Shown here: positions 22,745-35,419 of the stretch, in pieces
Layout: each line of letters begins with the position of its first letter
How positions within the stretch are numbered: position 1 is the first letter of the stretch
Source: Escherichia coli
Lineage (GTDB): Bacteria > Pseudomonadota > Gammaproteobacteria > Enterobacterales > Enterobacteriaceae
Assembly: GCF_016903815.1 (NCBI RefSeq)
Contig: NZ_CP069973.1
Strand: one strand, 5' to 3'
DNA length: 64,000 nt
Made by a program: the position numbers and the translations under genes
The notes under the pieces: generated by a model
What the model was told of the DNA's origin: nothing
The model's database searches: none
The model's input: only the letters and a program-made list of their open reading frames with translations

Positions 22745-22890
22745 GAGGGTTAGGGAGAGGTTTCCCCCTCCCCCTGGTGTTCTTAGTAAGCCTGGAAGCT
22801 AATCACTAAGAGTATCACCAGTATGATGACGTGCTTCATCATAACCCTTTCCTTATTAAAAGCCCTCTTCTCCGGGAGAGGGTTTCCCGT
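22745..22890 (+). ncRNA. sibA: Sib antisense sRNA, copy 1 (approximate ends)
   Basis: Antisense to the ibs ORF; ends in a GC hairpin plus T-rich tract (ccctcttctccgggagaggg tttcccgttt). Boundaries estimated. Confidence 0.45.
22783..22842 (-). CDS. ibsA: Ibs type I toxin peptide, copy 1 (MMKHVIILVILLVISFQAY)
   Basis: Minus-strand 19-codon ORF encoding a hydrophobic Ibs-family peptide inside tandem repeat unit 1. Confidence 0.75.
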   Translation of the reverse strand: MMKHVIILVILLVISFQAY

Positions 22891-23079
22891 TTCAGCGTCC
22901 CGCTGAAATCGTCGGCTTACCTCCTTTCGCCCTGAATGCAGTCTATCGCTAACGCGTGAACAAAATAGTTTCCTCTGTGATTATTGCGTAACGACTCGCA
23001 AAGAATATTTGCTGGCAGGATCGCAGACTGCAAAGCCTGCAGATTGACAATCTTATCGTGAAGGCATAATTTCAGGAGT

Positions 23080-23225
23080 GAGGGTAGAGCGGGGTTTCCC
23101 CCGCCCTGGTAGTCTTAGTAAGCGGGGAAGCTTATGACTAAGAGCACCACGATGATGAGTAGCTTCATCATGACCCTTTCCTTATTTAAGGCCCCTTCCT
23201 CGGGAGGGGCTTTCCCGTTTCAGCG
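23080..23225 (+). ncRNA. sibB: Sib antisense sRNA, copy 2 (approximate ends)
   Basis: Antisense to ibs copy 2 with a matching terminator hairpin; boundaries estimated. Confidence 0.45.
23115..23171 (-). CDS. ibsB: Ibs type I toxin peptide, copy 2 (MMKLLIIVVLLVISFPAY)
   Basis: Minus-strand ORF encoding an Ibs-family peptide inside repeat unit 2. Confidence 0.75.
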   Translation of the reverse strand: MMKLLIIVVLLVISFPAY

Positions 23226-23404
23226 TCCCGCTGAAATCGTCGACTTACCTCCTTTCGCCCTGTATGCAGTCTATCGCTGACTTGCGGATAAAATAGTTTC
23301 CAGTGTGATTATTGCGTAACGTCTCGCAAAGAATATTTGCTGGCAGGATCGCAGACTGCAAAGCCTGCAGATTGACAATCTTATCGTGAAGGCATACTTT
23401 CAGG

Positions 23405-23552
23405 AGTGAGGGTAGAGCGGGGTTTCCCCCGCCCTGGTAGTCTTAGTATGCTGGGTAGCTAATCACTAAGAGCACCACGATGATGATCCACTTCATCATG
23501 ACCCTTTCCTTATTTAAGGCCCCTTCCTCGGGAGGGGCTTTCCCGTTTCAGC
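23405..23552 (+). ncRNA. Sib antisense sRNA, copy 3 (approximate ends)
   Basis: Antisense to ibs copy 3 with the same terminator-like hairpin; boundaries estimated. Confidence 0.4.
23443..23499 (-). CDS. Ibs type I toxin peptide, copy 3 (MMKWIIIVVLLVISYPAY)
   Basis: Third Ibs-family ORF in a third tandem repeat unit (period about 330 bp). Confidence 0.7.
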   Translation of the reverse strand: MMKWIIIVVLLVISYPAY

Positions 23553-23777
23553 GTCCCGCTGAAATCATCGGCTTACCTCCTTTCGCCATGCACGTAGTCT
23601 ATCGCTAACGCGTAGATAAAATAGTTTCATGTGTTATTACTGGATGCGTGCTCGCAAATGTGCCCGCCATTCAGACGATTCCCGATAGTGTTTCATAATT
23701 CCTCCATTTTTCTCCCTTATTGGCTGGCTACACTAGTATCATTCCGCGAAACGTTTCAGGAAGAGAAACTCTTAACG

Positions 23778-25025
23778 ATGAAAGGTAGTTATAAATCCCG
23801 TTGGGTAATCGTAATCGTGGTGGTTATCGCCGCCATCGCTGCATTCTGGTTCTGGCAAGGCCGCAATGACTCCCAGAGTGCAGCCCCAGGGGCGACGAAA
23901 CAAGCGCAGCAATCGCCAGCGGGTGGTCGCCGTGGTATGCGTTCCGGCCCATTAGCCCCGGTTCAGGCGGCGACCGCCGTAGAACAGGCAGTTCCGCGTT
24001 ACCTCACCGGGCTTGGCACCATTACCGCCGCTAATACTGTTACGGTGCGCAGCCGCGTGGACGGTCAACTGATGGCGTTGCATTTCCAGGAAGGCCAGCA
24101 GGTCAAAGCAGGCGATTTATTGGCAGAAATTGACCCCAGCCAGTTCAAAGTTGCATTAGCACAAGCCCAGGGCCAACTGGCAAAAGATAAAGCCACGCTT
24201 GCCAACGCCCGCCGTGACCTGGCGCGTTATCAACAACTGGTAAAAACCAATCTCGTATCTCGTCAGGAACTGGATGCCCAACAAGCGCTGGTCAGTGAAA
24301 CCGAAGGCACCATTAAGGCTGATGAAGCAAGCGTCGCCAGCGCACAGCTGCAACTCGACTGGAGCCGCATCACCGCGCCAGTTGATGGTCGCGTTGGTCT
24401 CAAGCAGGTTGATGTTGGTAACCAAATCTCCAGTGGTGATACCACCGGGATTGTGGTGATCACCCAGACGCATCCTATCGATTTGCTCTTTACCCTGCCG
24501 GAAAGCGATATCGCTACCGTAGTACAGGCGCAAAAAACCGGAAAACCGCTGGTGGTAGAAGCCTGGGATCGCACCAACTCGAAGAAATTAAGTGAAGGCA
24601 CGCTGTTAAGCCTCGATAACCAAATCGATGCCACTACCGGTACGATTAAAGTGAAAGCACGCTTTAATAATCAGGATGATGCGCTGTTTCCCAATCAGTT
24701 TGTTAACGCGCGTATGTTAGTCGACACCGAACAAAACGCCGTGGTGATCCCCACCGCCGCTCTGCAAATGGGCAACGAAGGCCATTTTGTCTGGGTGCTG
24801 AATAGCGAAAACAAGGTCAGCAAACATCTGGTGACGCCGGGCATTCAGGACAGTCAGAAAGTGGTGATCCGCGCAGGTATTTCTGCGGGCGACCGCGTAG
24901 TGACAGACGGCATTGATCGCCTGACCGAAGGGGCGAAAGTGGAAGTAGTGGAAGCCCAGAGCGCCACCACTCCGGAAGAGAAAGCCACCAGCCGCGAATA
25001 CGCGAAAAAAGGAGCACGCTCCTGA
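23778..25025 (+). CDS. mdtA: Multidrug efflux RND membrane fusion protein MdtA
   Basis: ORF track starts at 23631; ATG at 23778 ([14 protein letters not shown]...) gives 415 aa; stop overlaps mdtB start. Confidence 0.9.
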   Translation: MKGSYKSRWVIVIVVVIAAIAAFWFWQGRNDSQSAAPGATKQAQQSPAGGRRGMRSGPLAPVQAATAVEQAVPRYLTGLGTITAANTVTVRSRVDGQLMALHFQEGQQVKAGDLLAEIDPSQFKVALAQAQGQLAKDKATLANARRDLARYQQLVKTNLVSRQELDAQQALVSETEGTIKADEASVASAQLQLDWSRITAPVDGRVGLKQVDVGNQISSGDTTGIVVITQTHPIDLLFTLPESDIATVVQAQKTGKPLVVEAWDRTNSKKLSEGTLLSLDNQIDATTGTIKVKARFNNQDDALFPNQFVNARMLVDTEQNAVVIPTAALQMGNEGHFVWVLNSENKVSKHLVTPGIQDSQKVVIRAGISAGDRVVTDGIDRLTEGAKVEVVEAQSATTPEEKATSREYAKKGARS

Positions 25026-28000
25026 TGCAGGTGTTACCCCCGAGCAGCACAGGCGGCCCGTCGCGCCTGTTTATTATGCGTCCTGTCGCCACCACGCTGC
25101 TGATGGTGGCGATCTTACTCGCTGGGATTATCGGTTATAGAGCCCTGCCCGTTTCGGCGCTGCCGGAAGTGGACTATCCGACCATTCAGGTAGTCACGCT
25201 CTACCCAGGTGCGAGCCCGGATGTCATGACCTCTGCCGTTACCGCGCCGCTTGAACGCCAGTTTGGGCAGATGTCTGGCCTGAAACAGATGTCGTCGCAA
25301 AGTTCCGGCGGTGCGTCAGTTATCACCTTACAGTTCCAGCTAACATTACCGCTGGATGTCGCCGAGCAGGAAGTGCAGGCCGCGATTAACGCTGCGACCA
25401 ACTTGTTGCCGAGCGATCTGCCTAACCCGCCGGTTTACAGCAAAGTGAACCCGGCAGATCCACCAATCATGACGCTCGCCGTCACCTCAACCGCCATGCC
25501 AATGACGCAAGTGGAAGATATGGTGGAAACCCGCGTCGCGCAGAAAATCTCGCAGATTTCCGGTGTCGGCCTGGTGACGCTTTCCGGCGGCCAGCGTCCG
25601 GCTGTTCGTGTCAAACTTAACGCTCAGGCGATTGCCGCCCTCGGCCTGACCAGCGAAACCGTGCGCACCGCTATTACCGGCGCTAACGTTAACTCGGCAA
25701 AAGGTAGCCTCGACGGCCCTTCCCGTGCGGTCACGCTTTCCGCGAACGACCAGATGCAATCCGCCGAAGAGTATCGCCAGCTGATCATCGCCTACCAGAA
25801 CGGCGCGCCGATTCGTCTTGGCGATGTCGCAACCGTAGAACAAGGCGCAGAAAACAGCTGGCTCGGCGCGTGGGCGAACAAAGAACAGGCCATCGTGATG
25901 AATGTTCAGCGCCAGCCCGGTGCTAACATTATCTCCACCGCCGACAGCATCCGGCAGATGCTGCCACAACTCACCGAGAGTTTGCCGAAATCGGTAAAAG
26001 TGACGGTACTTTCTGACCGTACCACCAATATTCGCGCATCCGTCGATGATACTCAGTTTGAATTGATGATGGCTATCGCGCTGGTAGTCATGATTATCTA
26101 CCTGTTTTTGCGTAATATTCCGGCGACTATCATTCCCGGCGTCGCAGTGCCGCTGTCGTTAATCGGCACCTTCGCGGTCATGGTGTTTCTCGATTTTTCA
26201 ATCAATAACCTGACGCTGATGGCGTTAACTATCGCCACCGGATTTGTGGTCGATGACGCCATCGTGGTGATCGAAAACATTTCCCGCTATATCGAAAAAG
26301 GCGAAAAACCGTTGGCGGCGGCGCTCAAAGGCGCGGGTGAAATCGGCTTTACCATTATCTCGCTGACCTTCTCACTGATTGCAGTGTTGATCCCACTGCT
26401 ATTTATGGGCGATATCGTCGGGCGACTGTTCCGCGAATTTGCTATTACTCTGGCAGTCGCGATTTTGATCTCAGCCGTGGTGTCGCTGACTCTGACGCCG
26501 ATGATGTGCGCGCGGATGCTCAGCCAGGAGTCGCTGCGTAAACAGAATCGCTTCTCCCGAGCCTCGGAGAAAATGTTCGACAGGATAATCGCCGCCTATG
26601 GTCGTGGACTGGCGAAAGTGCTGAATCATCCGTGGCTGACCTTAAGCGTGGCACTCAGCACGCTGCTGCTTAGTGTTCTCTTGTGGGTATTCATTCCGAA
26701 AGGTTTCTTCCCGGTACAGGACAACGGCATTATTCAGGGCACTTTGCAGGCACCGCAATCCAGCTCCTTTGCCAATATGGCCCAGCGGCAACGCCAGGTC
26801 GCGGATGTGATTTTGCAGGATCCGGCAGTGCAAAGCCTGACCTCATTTGTTGGCGTTGATGGCACTAACCCGTCGCTGAACAGTGCGCGTTTGCAGATCA
26901 ACCTCAAACCGTTGGATGAACGTGATGATCGGGTGCAAAAAGTCATCGCCCGTCTGCAAACGGCGGTGGATAAAGTGCCGGGCGTCGATCTCTTCCTGCA
27001 ACCAACGCAGGACCTGACCATCGATACTCAGGTCAGCCGCACCCAGTACCAGTTTACCTTGCAGGCCACGTCACTGGATGCGCTCAGTACCTGGGTGCCA
27101 CAGTTGATGGAAAAACTCCAGCAACTGCCACAGCTTTCTGATGTCTCCAGCGACTGGCAGGATCAAGGGCTGGTGGCGTATGTCAATGTTGATCGCGACA
27201 GCGCCAGCCGTCTGGGGATCAGCATGGCGGACGTCGATAACGCCCTGTACAACGCGTTTGGTCAGCGGCTGATTTCCACTATTTATACTCAGGCTAACCA
27301 GTATCGCGTGGTGCTGGAACACAACACTGAAAATACCCCAGGCCTCGCGGCGCTGGATACCATTCGCCTGACCAGCAGCGACGGCGGCGTGGTGCCGCTA
27401 AGCTCAATTGCCAAAATTGAGCAGCGTTTTGCGCCGCTCTCCATCAACCATCTGGATCAGTTCCCGGTAACGACTATCTCCTTTAACGTGCCGGATAACT
27501 ATTCGCTGGGCGATGCGGTGCAGGCGATTATGGACACCGAAAAGACGCTGAATCTGCCGGTGGATATCACCACGCAGTTCCAGGGCAGCACCCTCGCTTT
27601 CCAGTCGGCGCTGGGCAGCACTGTCTGGCTGATTGTCGCGGCGGTGGTGGCGATGTATATCGTGCTCGGCATTCTGTACGAGAGCTTTATTCACCCGATC
27701 ACCATTCTCTCGACGCTACCCACGGCAGGTGTTGGCGCACTGCTGGCGTTAATGATTGCCGGTAGCGAACTGGATGTGATTGCAATTATCGGCATTATTT
27801 TGCTGATCGGTATCGTGAAGAAGAACGCCATCATGATGATCGACTTCGCGCTGGCTGCTGAGCGCGAGCAAGGCATGTCGCCGCGCGATGCAATCTACCA
27901 GGCTTGTCTGTTGCGTTTTCGTCCGATCCTGATGACCACCCTGGCGGCTCTGCTTGGCGCGCTGCCGCTGATGTTAAGTACCGGGGTCGGCGCAGAACTG

Positions 28001-28147
28001 CGTCGTCCGTTAGGCATCGGCATGGTCGGCGGCCTGATTGTCAGCCAGGTGCTGACGCTGTTCACCACGCCGGTGATTTATCTGCTGTTCGACCGCCTGG
28101 CATTGTGGACCAAAAGTCGCTTTGCTCGCCATGAAGAGGAGGCGTAA
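25025..28147 (+). CDS. mdtB: Multidrug efflux RND transporter permease MdtB
   Basis: 1040-aa 12-TM RND protein; synteny mdtA-B-C-D-baeSR. Confidence 0.9.
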   Translation: MQVLPPSSTGGPSRLFIMRPVATTLLMVAILLAGIIGYRALPVSALPEVDYPTIQVVTLYPGASPDVMTSAVTAPLERQFGQMSGLKQMSSQSSGGASVITLQFQLTLPLDVAEQEVQAAINAATNLLPSDLPNPPVYSKVNPADPPIMTLAVTSTAMPMTQVEDMVETRVAQKISQISGVGLVTLSGGQRPAVRVKLNAQAIAALGLTSETVRTAITGANVNSAKGSLDGPSRAVTLSANDQMQSAEEYRQLIIAYQNGAPIRLGDVATVEQGAENSWLGAWANKEQAIVMNVQRQPGANIISTADSIRQMLPQLTESLPKSVKVTVLSDRTTNIRASVDDTQFELMMAIALVVMIIYLFLRNIPATIIPGVAVPLSLIGTFAVMVFLDFSINNLTLMALTIATGFVVDDAIVVIENISRYIEKGEKPLAAALKGAGEIGFTIISLTFSLIAVLIPLLFMGDIVGRLFREFAITLAVAILISAVVSLTLTPMMCARMLSQESLRKQNRFSRASEKMFDRIIAAYGRGLAKVLNHPWLTLSVALSTLLLSVLLWVFIPKGFFPVQDNGIIQGTLQAPQSSSFANMAQRQRQVADVILQDPAVQSLTSFVGVDGTNPSLNSARLQINLKPLDERDDRVQKVIARLQTAVDKVPGVDLFLQPTQDLTIDTQVSRTQYQFTLQATSLDALSTWVPQLMEKLQQLPQLSDVSSDWQDQGLVAYVNVDRDSASRLGISMADVDNALYNAFGQRLISTIYTQANQYRVVLEHNTENTPGLAALDTIRLTSSDGGVVPLSSIAKIEQRFAPLSINHLDQFPVTTISFNVPDNYSLGDAVQAIMDTEKTLNLPVDITTQFQGSTLAFQSALGSTVWLIVAAVVAMYIVLGILYESFIHPITILSTLPTAGVGALLALMIAGSELDVIAIIGIILLIGIVKKNAIMMIDFALAAEREQGMSPRDAIYQACLLRFRPILMTTLAALLGALPLMLSTGVGAELRRPLGIGMVGGLIVSQVLTLFTTPVIYLLFDRLALWTKSRFARHEEEA

Positions 28148-31100
28148 GTGAAGTTTTTTGCCCTCTTCATTTACCGCCCGGTGGCGACGATTTTACTGTC
28201 GGTCGCCATTACCCTATGCGGCATACTGGGTTTCCGTATGCTGCCGGTCGCCCCGCTGCCGCAGGTCGATTTTCCGGTGATTATGGTTAGCGCCTCGCTG
28301 CCCGGTGCGTCGCCGGAGACAATGGCGTCTTCCGTTGCCACGCCGCTGGAACGCTCACTTGGGCGCATTGCCGGGGTCAGTGAAATGACCTCCAGCAGTT
28401 CGCTCGGCAGCACGCGTATTATTTTGCAGTTTGATTTTGACCGGGATATCAACGGTGCGGCGCGTGATGTGCAGGCGGCGATCAACGCCGCACAAAGTCT
28501 GCTGCCCAGTGGGATGCCCAGCCGCCCGACTTATCGCAAAGCGAACCCGTCGGATGCGCCAATTATGATCCTGACGCTAACCTCCGATACTTATTCGCAG
28601 GGTGAACTGTACGATTTCGCCTCGACGCAGCTGGCTCCGACGATTTCGCAAATCGACGGCGTCGGTGATGTCGATGTTGGCGGCAGCTCGCTGCCCGCCG
28701 TGCGCGTCGGGCTGAACCCGCAGGCGCTGTTTAATCAGGGCGTGTCGCTGGACGACGTACGCACTGCCATCAGCAATGCCAACGTGCGTAAACCGCAGGG
28801 GGTGCTGGAAGATGGCACTCACCGCTGGCAGATCCAGACCAATGATGAGCTAAAAACCGCCGCTGAATATCAGCCGTTGATTATTCATTACAACAACGGC
28901 GGCGCGGTTCGTCTGGGCGATGTGGCGACGGTGACCGACTCAGTGCAGGATGTGCGCAACGCCGGGATGACCAACGCCAAACCGGCTATTTTGCTGATGA
29001 TCCGCAAGCTGCCGGAAGCCAATATTATCCAGACGGTTGACAGCATCCGGGCAAAATTACCGGAGTTGCAGGAGACCATTCCGGCGGCGATTGATCTGCA
29101 AATTGCCCAGGATCGCTCCCCCACCATTCGCGCCTCGCTGGAAGAAGTCGAGCAAACGCTGATTATCTCGGTGGCGCTGGTGATTCTGGTGGTCTTTTTA
29201 TTCCTGCGCTCGGGTCGCGCCACTATTATTCCCGCCGTTGCGGTGCCGGTTTCGCTGATTGGTACGTTTGCGGCGATGTACCTGTGCGGTTTCAGTCTCA
29301 ATAATCTTTCGTTAATGGCGCTCACCATTGCTACTGGTTTCGTGGTGGATGACGCCATCGTGGTGCTGGAAAACATTGCACGTCATCTGGAAGCGGGAAT
29401 GAAACCGTTGCAAGCCGCACTGCAAGGTACTCGCGAAGTCGGTTTTACGGTGCTGTCGATGAGTCTGTCACTGGTGGCGGTGTTCCTGCCGCTGCTGTTG
29501 ATGGGCGGATTGCCGGGCCGACTGTTACGCGAGTTTGCCGTGACGCTTTCTGTCGCCATTGGTATTTCGTTGCTGGTTTCCCTGACGCTAACGCCGATGA
29601 TGTGTGGCTGGATGCTGAAAGCCAGCAAGCCGCGCGAGCAAAAGCGACTACGTGGTTTTGGTCGCATGTTGGTAGCCCTGCAACAAGGCTACGGCAAGTC
29701 ACTGAAATGGGTGCTCAATCATACCCGTCTGGTGGGCGTGGTGCTGCTTGGCACCATTGCACTGAATATCTGGCTGTATATCTCGATCCCGAAAACCTTC
29801 TTCCCGGAGCAGGACACCGGCGTGTTGATGGGCGGGATACAGGCGGATCAGAGTATTTCGTTTCAGGCGATGCGCGGTAAGTTGCAGGATTTCATGAAAA
29901 TTATCCGTGACGATCCAGCAGTGGATAATGTCACCGGATTTACCGGCGGTTCGCGGGTGAACAGCGGGATGATGTTTATCACCCTCAAGCCACGCGGCGA
30001 ACGCAGCGAAACGGCGCAGCAAATTATCGACCGTCTGCGCGTGAAGCTGGCGAAAGAACCGGGGGCGAATCTGTTCCTGATGGCGGTACAGGATATTCGC
30101 GTTGGCGGACGTCAGTCGAACGCCAGCTATCAGTACACGTTACTGTCCGACGACCTGGCGGCACTGCGCGAATGGGAACCGAAAATCCGCAAAAAACTGG
30201 CGACATTGCCGGAACTGGCGGACGTGAACTCCGACCAGCAGGATAACGGCGCGGAGATGAATCTGGTTTACGACCGCGACACCATGGCACGGCTGGGAAT
30301 CGACGTGCAAGCCGCCAACAGTCTGTTAAATAACGCCTTCGGTCAGCGGCAAATCTCGACCATTTACCAGCCGATGAACCAGTATAAAGTGGTGATGGAA
30401 GTGGATCCGCGCTATACCCAGGACATCAGCGCGCTGGAAAAAATGTTCGTTATCAATAACGAAGGAAAAGCGATCCCGCTGTCGTATTTCGCTAAATGGC
30501 AACCGGCGAATGCTCCGCTGTCGGTGAATCATCAGGGATTATCGGCAGCCTCGACCATCTCGTTCAACCTGCCGACCGGGAAATCGCTCTCGGACGCCAG
30601 TGCAGCGATCGATCGCGCAATGACCCAGCTTGGTGTGCCTTCGACGGTGCGCGGTAGTTTTGCCGGCACGGCGCAGGTGTTCCAGGAGACGATGAACTCG
30701 CAGGTGATCCTGATTATCGCCGCCATCGCCACGGTGTATATCGTGCTGGGTATCCTTTACGAGAGTTACGTACATCCGCTGACGATTCTCTCCACCCTGC
30801 CCTCGGCGGGCGTTGGAGCGCTGCTGGCGCTGGAACTGTTCAATGCCCCGTTCAGCCTAATCGCCCTGATAGGGATCATGCTATTAATCGGCATCGTAAA
30901 GAAAAACGCCATCATGATGGTCGATTTTGCGCTTGAAGCCCAACGGCACGGTAACCTGACGCCGCAGGAAGCTATTTTCCAGGCCTGTCTGCTGCGTTTT
31001 CGCCCGATTATGATGACTACCCTGGCGGCGCTGTTTGGCGCGCTGCCGCTGGTGTTGTCGGGCGGTGACGGCTCGGAGCTGCGCCAACCCCTGGGGATCA

Positions 31101-31225
31101 CCATTGTCGGCGGTCTGGTAATGAGCCAGCTTCTGACGCTGTATACCACGCCGGTGGTGTATCTCTTTTTCGACCGTCTGCGGCTGCGTTTTTCGCGTAA
31201 ACCTAAACAAACGGTAACCGAGTAA
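28148..31225 (+). CDS. mdtC: Multidrug efflux RND transporter permease MdtC
   Basis: 1025-aa RND paralogue directly after mdtB; GTG start at 28148. Confidence 0.9.
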   Translation: MKFFALFIYRPVATILLSVAITLCGILGFRMLPVAPLPQVDFPVIMVSASLPGASPETMASSVATPLERSLGRIAGVSEMTSSSSLGSTRIILQFDFDRDINGAARDVQAAINAAQSLLPSGMPSRPTYRKANPSDAPIMILTLTSDTYSQGELYDFASTQLAPTISQIDGVGDVDVGGSSLPAVRVGLNPQALFNQGVSLDDVRTAISNANVRKPQGVLEDGTHRWQIQTNDELKTAAEYQPLIIHYNNGGAVRLGDVATVTDSVQDVRNAGMTNAKPAILLMIRKLPEANIIQTVDSIRAKLPELQETIPAAIDLQIAQDRSPTIRASLEEVEQTLIISVALVILVVFLFLRSGRATIIPAVAVPVSLIGTFAAMYLCGFSLNNLSLMALTIATGFVVDDAIVVLENIARHLEAGMKPLQAALQGTREVGFTVLSMSLSLVAVFLPLLLMGGLPGRLLREFAVTLSVAIGISLLVSLTLTPMMCGWMLKASKPREQKRLRGFGRMLVALQQGYGKSLKWVLNHTRLVGVVLLGTIALNIWLYISIPKTFFPEQDTGVLMGGIQADQSISFQAMRGKLQDFMKIIRDDPAVDNVTGFTGGSRVNSGMMFITLKPRGERSETAQQIIDRLRVKLAKEPGANLFLMAVQDIRVGGRQSNASYQYTLLSDDLAALREWEPKIRKKLATLPELADVNSDQQDNGAEMNLVYDRDTMARLGIDVQAANSLLNNAFGQRQISTIYQPMNQYKVVMEVDPRYTQDISALEKMFVINNEGKAIPLSYFAKWQPANAPLSVNHQGLSAASTISFNLPTGKSLSDASAAIDRAMTQLGVPSTVRGSFAGTAQVFQETMNSQVILIIAAIATVYIVLGILYESYVHPLTILSTLPSAGVGALLALELFNAPFSLIALIGIMLLIGIVKKNAIMMVDFALEAQRHGNLTPQEAIFQACLLRFRPIMMTTLAALFGALPLVLSGGDGSELRQPLGITIVGGLVMSQLLTLYTTPVVYLFFDRLRLRFSRKPKQTVTE

Positions 31226-32641
31226 ATGACAGATCTTCCCGACAGCACCCGCTGGCAATTGTGGATTGTGGCTTTCGGCTTCTTTATGCAGTCGCTGGAC
31301 ACCACCATCGTCAACACCGCGCTTCCCTCAATGGCACAAAGCCTCGGGGAAAGTCCGTTGCGTATGCACATGGTCATTGTCTCTTATGTACTGACCGTGG
31401 CGGTGATGTTGCCTGCCAGCGGCTGGCTGGCGGACAAAGTCGGCGTGCGCAATATTTTCTTTACCGCCATCGTGCTGTTTACCCTCGGTTCACTGTTTTG
31501 CGCGCTTTCCGGCACGCTGAACGAACTGTTGCTGGCACGCGCGTTACAGGGCGTTGGCGGTGCGATGATGGTGCCGGTCGGCAGATTGACGGTGATGAAA
31601 ATCGTACCGCGCGAGCAATATATGGCGGCGATGACCTTTGTCACAGTGCCCGGTCAGGTCGGTCCGCTGCTGGGTCCGGCGCTCGGCGGTCTGCTGGTGG
31701 AGTACGCATCGTGGCACTGGATCTTTTTGATCAACATTCCGGTGGGGATTATCGGTGCGATCGCAACACTAATGTTGATGCCGAACTACACCATGCAGAC
31801 GCGGCGCTTTGATCTTTCCGGCTTTTTATTGCTGGCGGTTGGCATGGCGGTATTAACCCTGGCGCTGGATGGCAGTAAAGGTACAGGTTTATCGCCGCTG
31901 GCGATTACTGGCCTGGTCGCTGTTGGCGTGGTAGCACTGGTGCTTTATCTGCTGCACGCCAGAAATAACAACCGCGCTCTTTTCAGTCTGAAACTGTTCC
32001 GCACTCGCACCTTTTCGCTGGGCCTGGCGGGGAGCTTTGCCGGACGTATTGGCAGTGGTATGTTGCCCTTTATGACGCCGGTTTTCCTGCAAATTGGCCT
32101 TGGCTTCTCACCGTTTCATGCCGGACTGATGATGATCCCGATGGTGCTTGGCAGCATGGGGATGAAGCGGATTGTTGTACAGGTGGTGAATCGCTTTGGT
32201 TATCGTCGGGTACTGATAGCGACCACGCTGGGTCTGTCGCTGGTCACCCTGTTGTTTATGACTACCGCTCTGTTGGGCTGGTACTACGTTTTGCCGTTCG
32301 TCCTGTTTTTACAAGGGATGGTCAACTCGACCCGTTTCTCCTCCATGAACACCCTGACGCTGAAAGATCTCCCGGACAATCTGGCGAGCAGCGGCAATAG
32401 TCTGCTGTCGATGATTATGCAATTGTCGATGAGTATCGGCGTCACCATCGCCGGGCTGTTGCTGGGACTTTTTGGTTCGCAGCATGTCAGCGTCGACAGC
32501 GGCACCACACAAACCGTCTTTATGTACACCTGGCTTAGCATGGCGTTTATCATCGCCCTTCCGGCGTTCATCTTTGCCAGAGTGCCGAACGATACGCATC
32601 AAAATGTAGCTATTTCGCGGCGAAAAAGGAGCGCGCAATGA
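31226..32641 (+). CDS. mdtD: MFS transporter MdtD
   Basis: 471-aa polytopic MFS-like protein; synteny. Confidence 0.9.
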   Translation: MTDLPDSTRWQLWIVAFGFFMQSLDTTIVNTALPSMAQSLGESPLRMHMVIVSYVLTVAVMLPASGWLADKVGVRNIFFTAIVLFTLGSLFCALSGTLNELLLARALQGVGGAMMVPVGRLTVMKIVPREQYMAAMTFVTVPGQVGPLLGPALGGLLVEYASWHWIFLINIPVGIIGAIATLMLMPNYTMQTRRFDLSGFLLLAVGMAVLTLALDGSKGTGLSPLAITGLVAVGVVALVLYLLHARNNNRALFSLKLFRTRTFSLGLAGSFAGRIGSGMLPFMTPVFLQIGLGFSPFHAGLMMIPMVLGSMGMKRIVVQVVNRFGYRRVLIATTLGLSLVTLLFMTTALLGWYYVLPFVLFLQGMVNSTRFSSMNTLTLKDLPDNLASSGNSLLSMIMQLSMSIGVTIAGLLLGLFGSQHVSVDSGTTQTVFMYTWLSMAFIIALPAFIFARVPNDTHQNVAISRRKRSAQ

Positions 32642-34041
32642 AGTTCTGGCGACCCGGTATTACCGGCAAACTGTTTCTGGCGATTTTCGCCACCTGCATT
32701 GTCTTGCTGATCAGTATGCACTGGGCGGTGCGTATCAGTTTTGAGCGTGGCTTTATTGATTACATCAAGCATGGTAATGAACAGCGATTACAACTGTTAA
32801 GTGATGCGCTTGGCGAGCAGTATGCGCAGCATGGCAACTGGCGCTTCCTGCGCAACAATGATCGCTTTGTCTTTCAGATCTTGCGTTCATTTGAACACGA
32901 TAATTCGGAAGATAAACCCGGCCCGGGTATGCCGCCGCACGGCTGGCGTACCCAGTTCTGGGTGGTCGATCAAAACAACAAAGTGCTGGTTGGTCCGCGA
33001 GCGCCGATTCCACCTGACGGTACACGGCGACCCATTCTGGTCAACGGTGCGGAAGTGGGTGCGGTGATTGCCTCCCCTGTTGAGCGACTGACCCGCAATA
33101 CTGATATCAATTTCGATAAACAACAGCGGCAAACCAGCTGGCTGATTGTTGCTCTGGCAACGTTACTCGCGGCACTCGCTACCTTTCTGCTGGCGCGTGG
33201 TTTGCTGGCACCGGTAAAACGGCTGGTGGACGGCACGCACAAACTGGCGGCGGGCGATTTCACTACCCGCGTAACGCCCACCAGTGAAGATGAACTGGGC
33301 AAACTGGCGCAAGACTTCAACCAGCTTGCCAGCACGCTGGAGAAAAACCAGCAAATGCGGCGCGATTTTATGGCCGATATTTCTCACGAACTGCGTACGC
33401 CATTAGCGGTGCTGCGCGGTGAACTGGAAGCCATTCAGGATGGCGTGCGTAAATTCACGCCGGAGACGGTGGCGTCTTTACAGGCGGAGGTCGGTACACT
33501 GACCAAACTGGTTGACGATCTCCATCAGTTGTCGATGTCTGATGAAGGCGCTCTCGCCTATCAAAAAGCACCGGTAGATTTGATCCCACTGCTGGAAGTG
33601 GCGGGCGGCGCATTTCGCGAACGATTCGCCAGCCGTGGCCTGAAACTGCAATTTTCCCTGCCAGACAGTATTACCGTATTTGGCGATCGCGACCGTTTAA
33701 TGCAGTTATTCAATAACTTACTGGAAAACAGCCTGCGCTACACTGACAGCGGCGGTAGCCTGAAAATCTCTGCCGGGCAGCACGACAAAACGGTGCGACT
33801 GACCTTTGCCGACAGCGCGCCGGGCGTCAGTGACGATCAGCTACAAAAATTGTTTGAACGTTTTTATCGCACCGAAGGTTCCCGCAACCGAGCCAGCGGC
33901 GGTTCCGGGCTGGGGCTGGCGATTTGCCTGAACATTGTTGAAGCACATAATGGTCGCATTATTGCTGCCCATTCGCCTTTTGGCGGGGTAAGCATTACAG
34001 TAGAGTTACCGCTGGAACGGGATTTACAGAGAGAAGTATGA
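32638..34041 (+). CDS. baeS: Envelope-stress sensor histidine kinase BaeS
   Basis: 467-aa ORF with HAMP, H-box ([10 protein letters not shown]) and HATPase motifs; 4-bp overlap with mdtD. Confidence 0.9.
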
Positions 34042-34760
34042 CCGAGTTACCAATCGACGAAAACACACCGCGTATTTTGATCGTGGAAGATGAACCGAAG
34101 CTGGGACAGTTGCTCATTGATTATCTGCGTGCTGCGAGCTATGCGCCGACGCTTATCAGCCACGGCGATCAGGTACTGCCGTATGTGCGCCAGACACCAC
34201 CGGATCTGATCCTGTTGGATCTGATGCTCCCTGGCACCGATGGCTTGACGCTGTGCCGGGAAATTCGTCGTTTTTCTGACATTCCTATCGTGATGGTGAC
34301 GGCAAAAATAGAAGAGATCGACCGCCTGCTCGGACTGGAGATTGGCGCAGATGATTATATCTGTAAGCCGTACAGCCCACGGGAAGTGGTAGCGCGCGTC
34401 AAAACCATTTTGCGCCGTTGCAAACCGCAGCGTGAGTTGCAGCAACAGGATGCTGAAAGCCCGTTGATTATCGACGAAGGTCGTTTTCAGGCTTCATGGC
34501 GCGGTAAAATGCTTGACCTGACGCCTGCGGAATTTCGTCTGCTGAAAACGCTCTCTCATGAACCAGGAAAAGTGTTCTCCCGCGAGCAATTGCTCAATCA
34601 TCTTTATGACGACTACCGCGTAGTAACCGACCGCACCATCGACAGCCACATTAAAAACCTGCGCCGCAAGCTGGAATCTCTCGACGCCGAACAGTCCTTT
34701 ATCCGTGCCGTTTACGGCGTCGGTTACCGCTGGGAAGCCGACGCCTGCCGCATCGTTTAA
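34038..34760 (+). CDS. baeR: OmpR-family response regulator BaeR
   Basis: 240-aa ORF with receiver domain and winged-helix C-terminus; 4-bp overlap with baeS. Confidence 0.9.
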
Positions 34761-34939
34761 CATTTTTACCTGCCGGAGAAGGCATTCACGCCGCATCCGG
34801 CAACATAATCCCACGCATGGTCAGCAAACTGACATTATCTCTCCGCCCTGGCAGGCACCAGAAAATCGCTCATACTTTAATCGGTAAACAGTCCTTTTAG
34901 ATGCTGTTTTCGATACGCAATTTCAATCAAGGAGTCATT

Positions 34940-35272
34940 ATGGCTGGTTGGTTTGAACTCAGTAAAAGCAGTGATAATCAATTTCGGTTTGTGCTAAAAG
35001 CGGGCAATGGTGAGACTATCCTTACCAGCGAGCTGTATACCTCAAAAGCCTCTGCGGAAAAGGGCATCGCGTCGGTGCGTAGCAACAGCCCGCAAGAAGA
35101 ACGCTATGAGAAAAAAACGGCAAGCAACGGCAAATTCTATTTCAATCTGAAAGCCGCTAATCATCAAATTATCGGCTCCAGCCAGATGTACGCCACCGCG
35201 CAATCTCGTGAAACCGGAATTGCCTCCGTTAAAGCCAATGGCACAAGCCAGACGGTGAAAGACAATACGTAA
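34940..35272 (+). CDS. yegP: UPF0339 family protein YegP (tandem DUF1508 repeats)
   Basis: Start MAGWFELSKSSDNQFRFVLKAGNGE gives 110 aa; two internal repeats. Confidence 0.85.
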   Translation: MAGWFELSKSSDNQFRFVLKAGNGETILTSELYTSKASAEKGIASVRSNSPQEERYEKKTASNGKFYFNLKAANHQIIGSSQMYATAQSRETGIASVKANGTSQTVKDNT

Positions 35273-35419
35273 TTACGATGCCGGGCGTGGGTTGTTGGCG
35301 TCCGGCGCTTTACCAGCTCCCCCCTACAGCGCTACAATGCCCGCCCTTAAAGTGGGGGCACTCCCCTGGCCGCTTCATCAGGTGAAGCGGATCTGACCTG
35401 TCATCAGAACGAGAGAATT

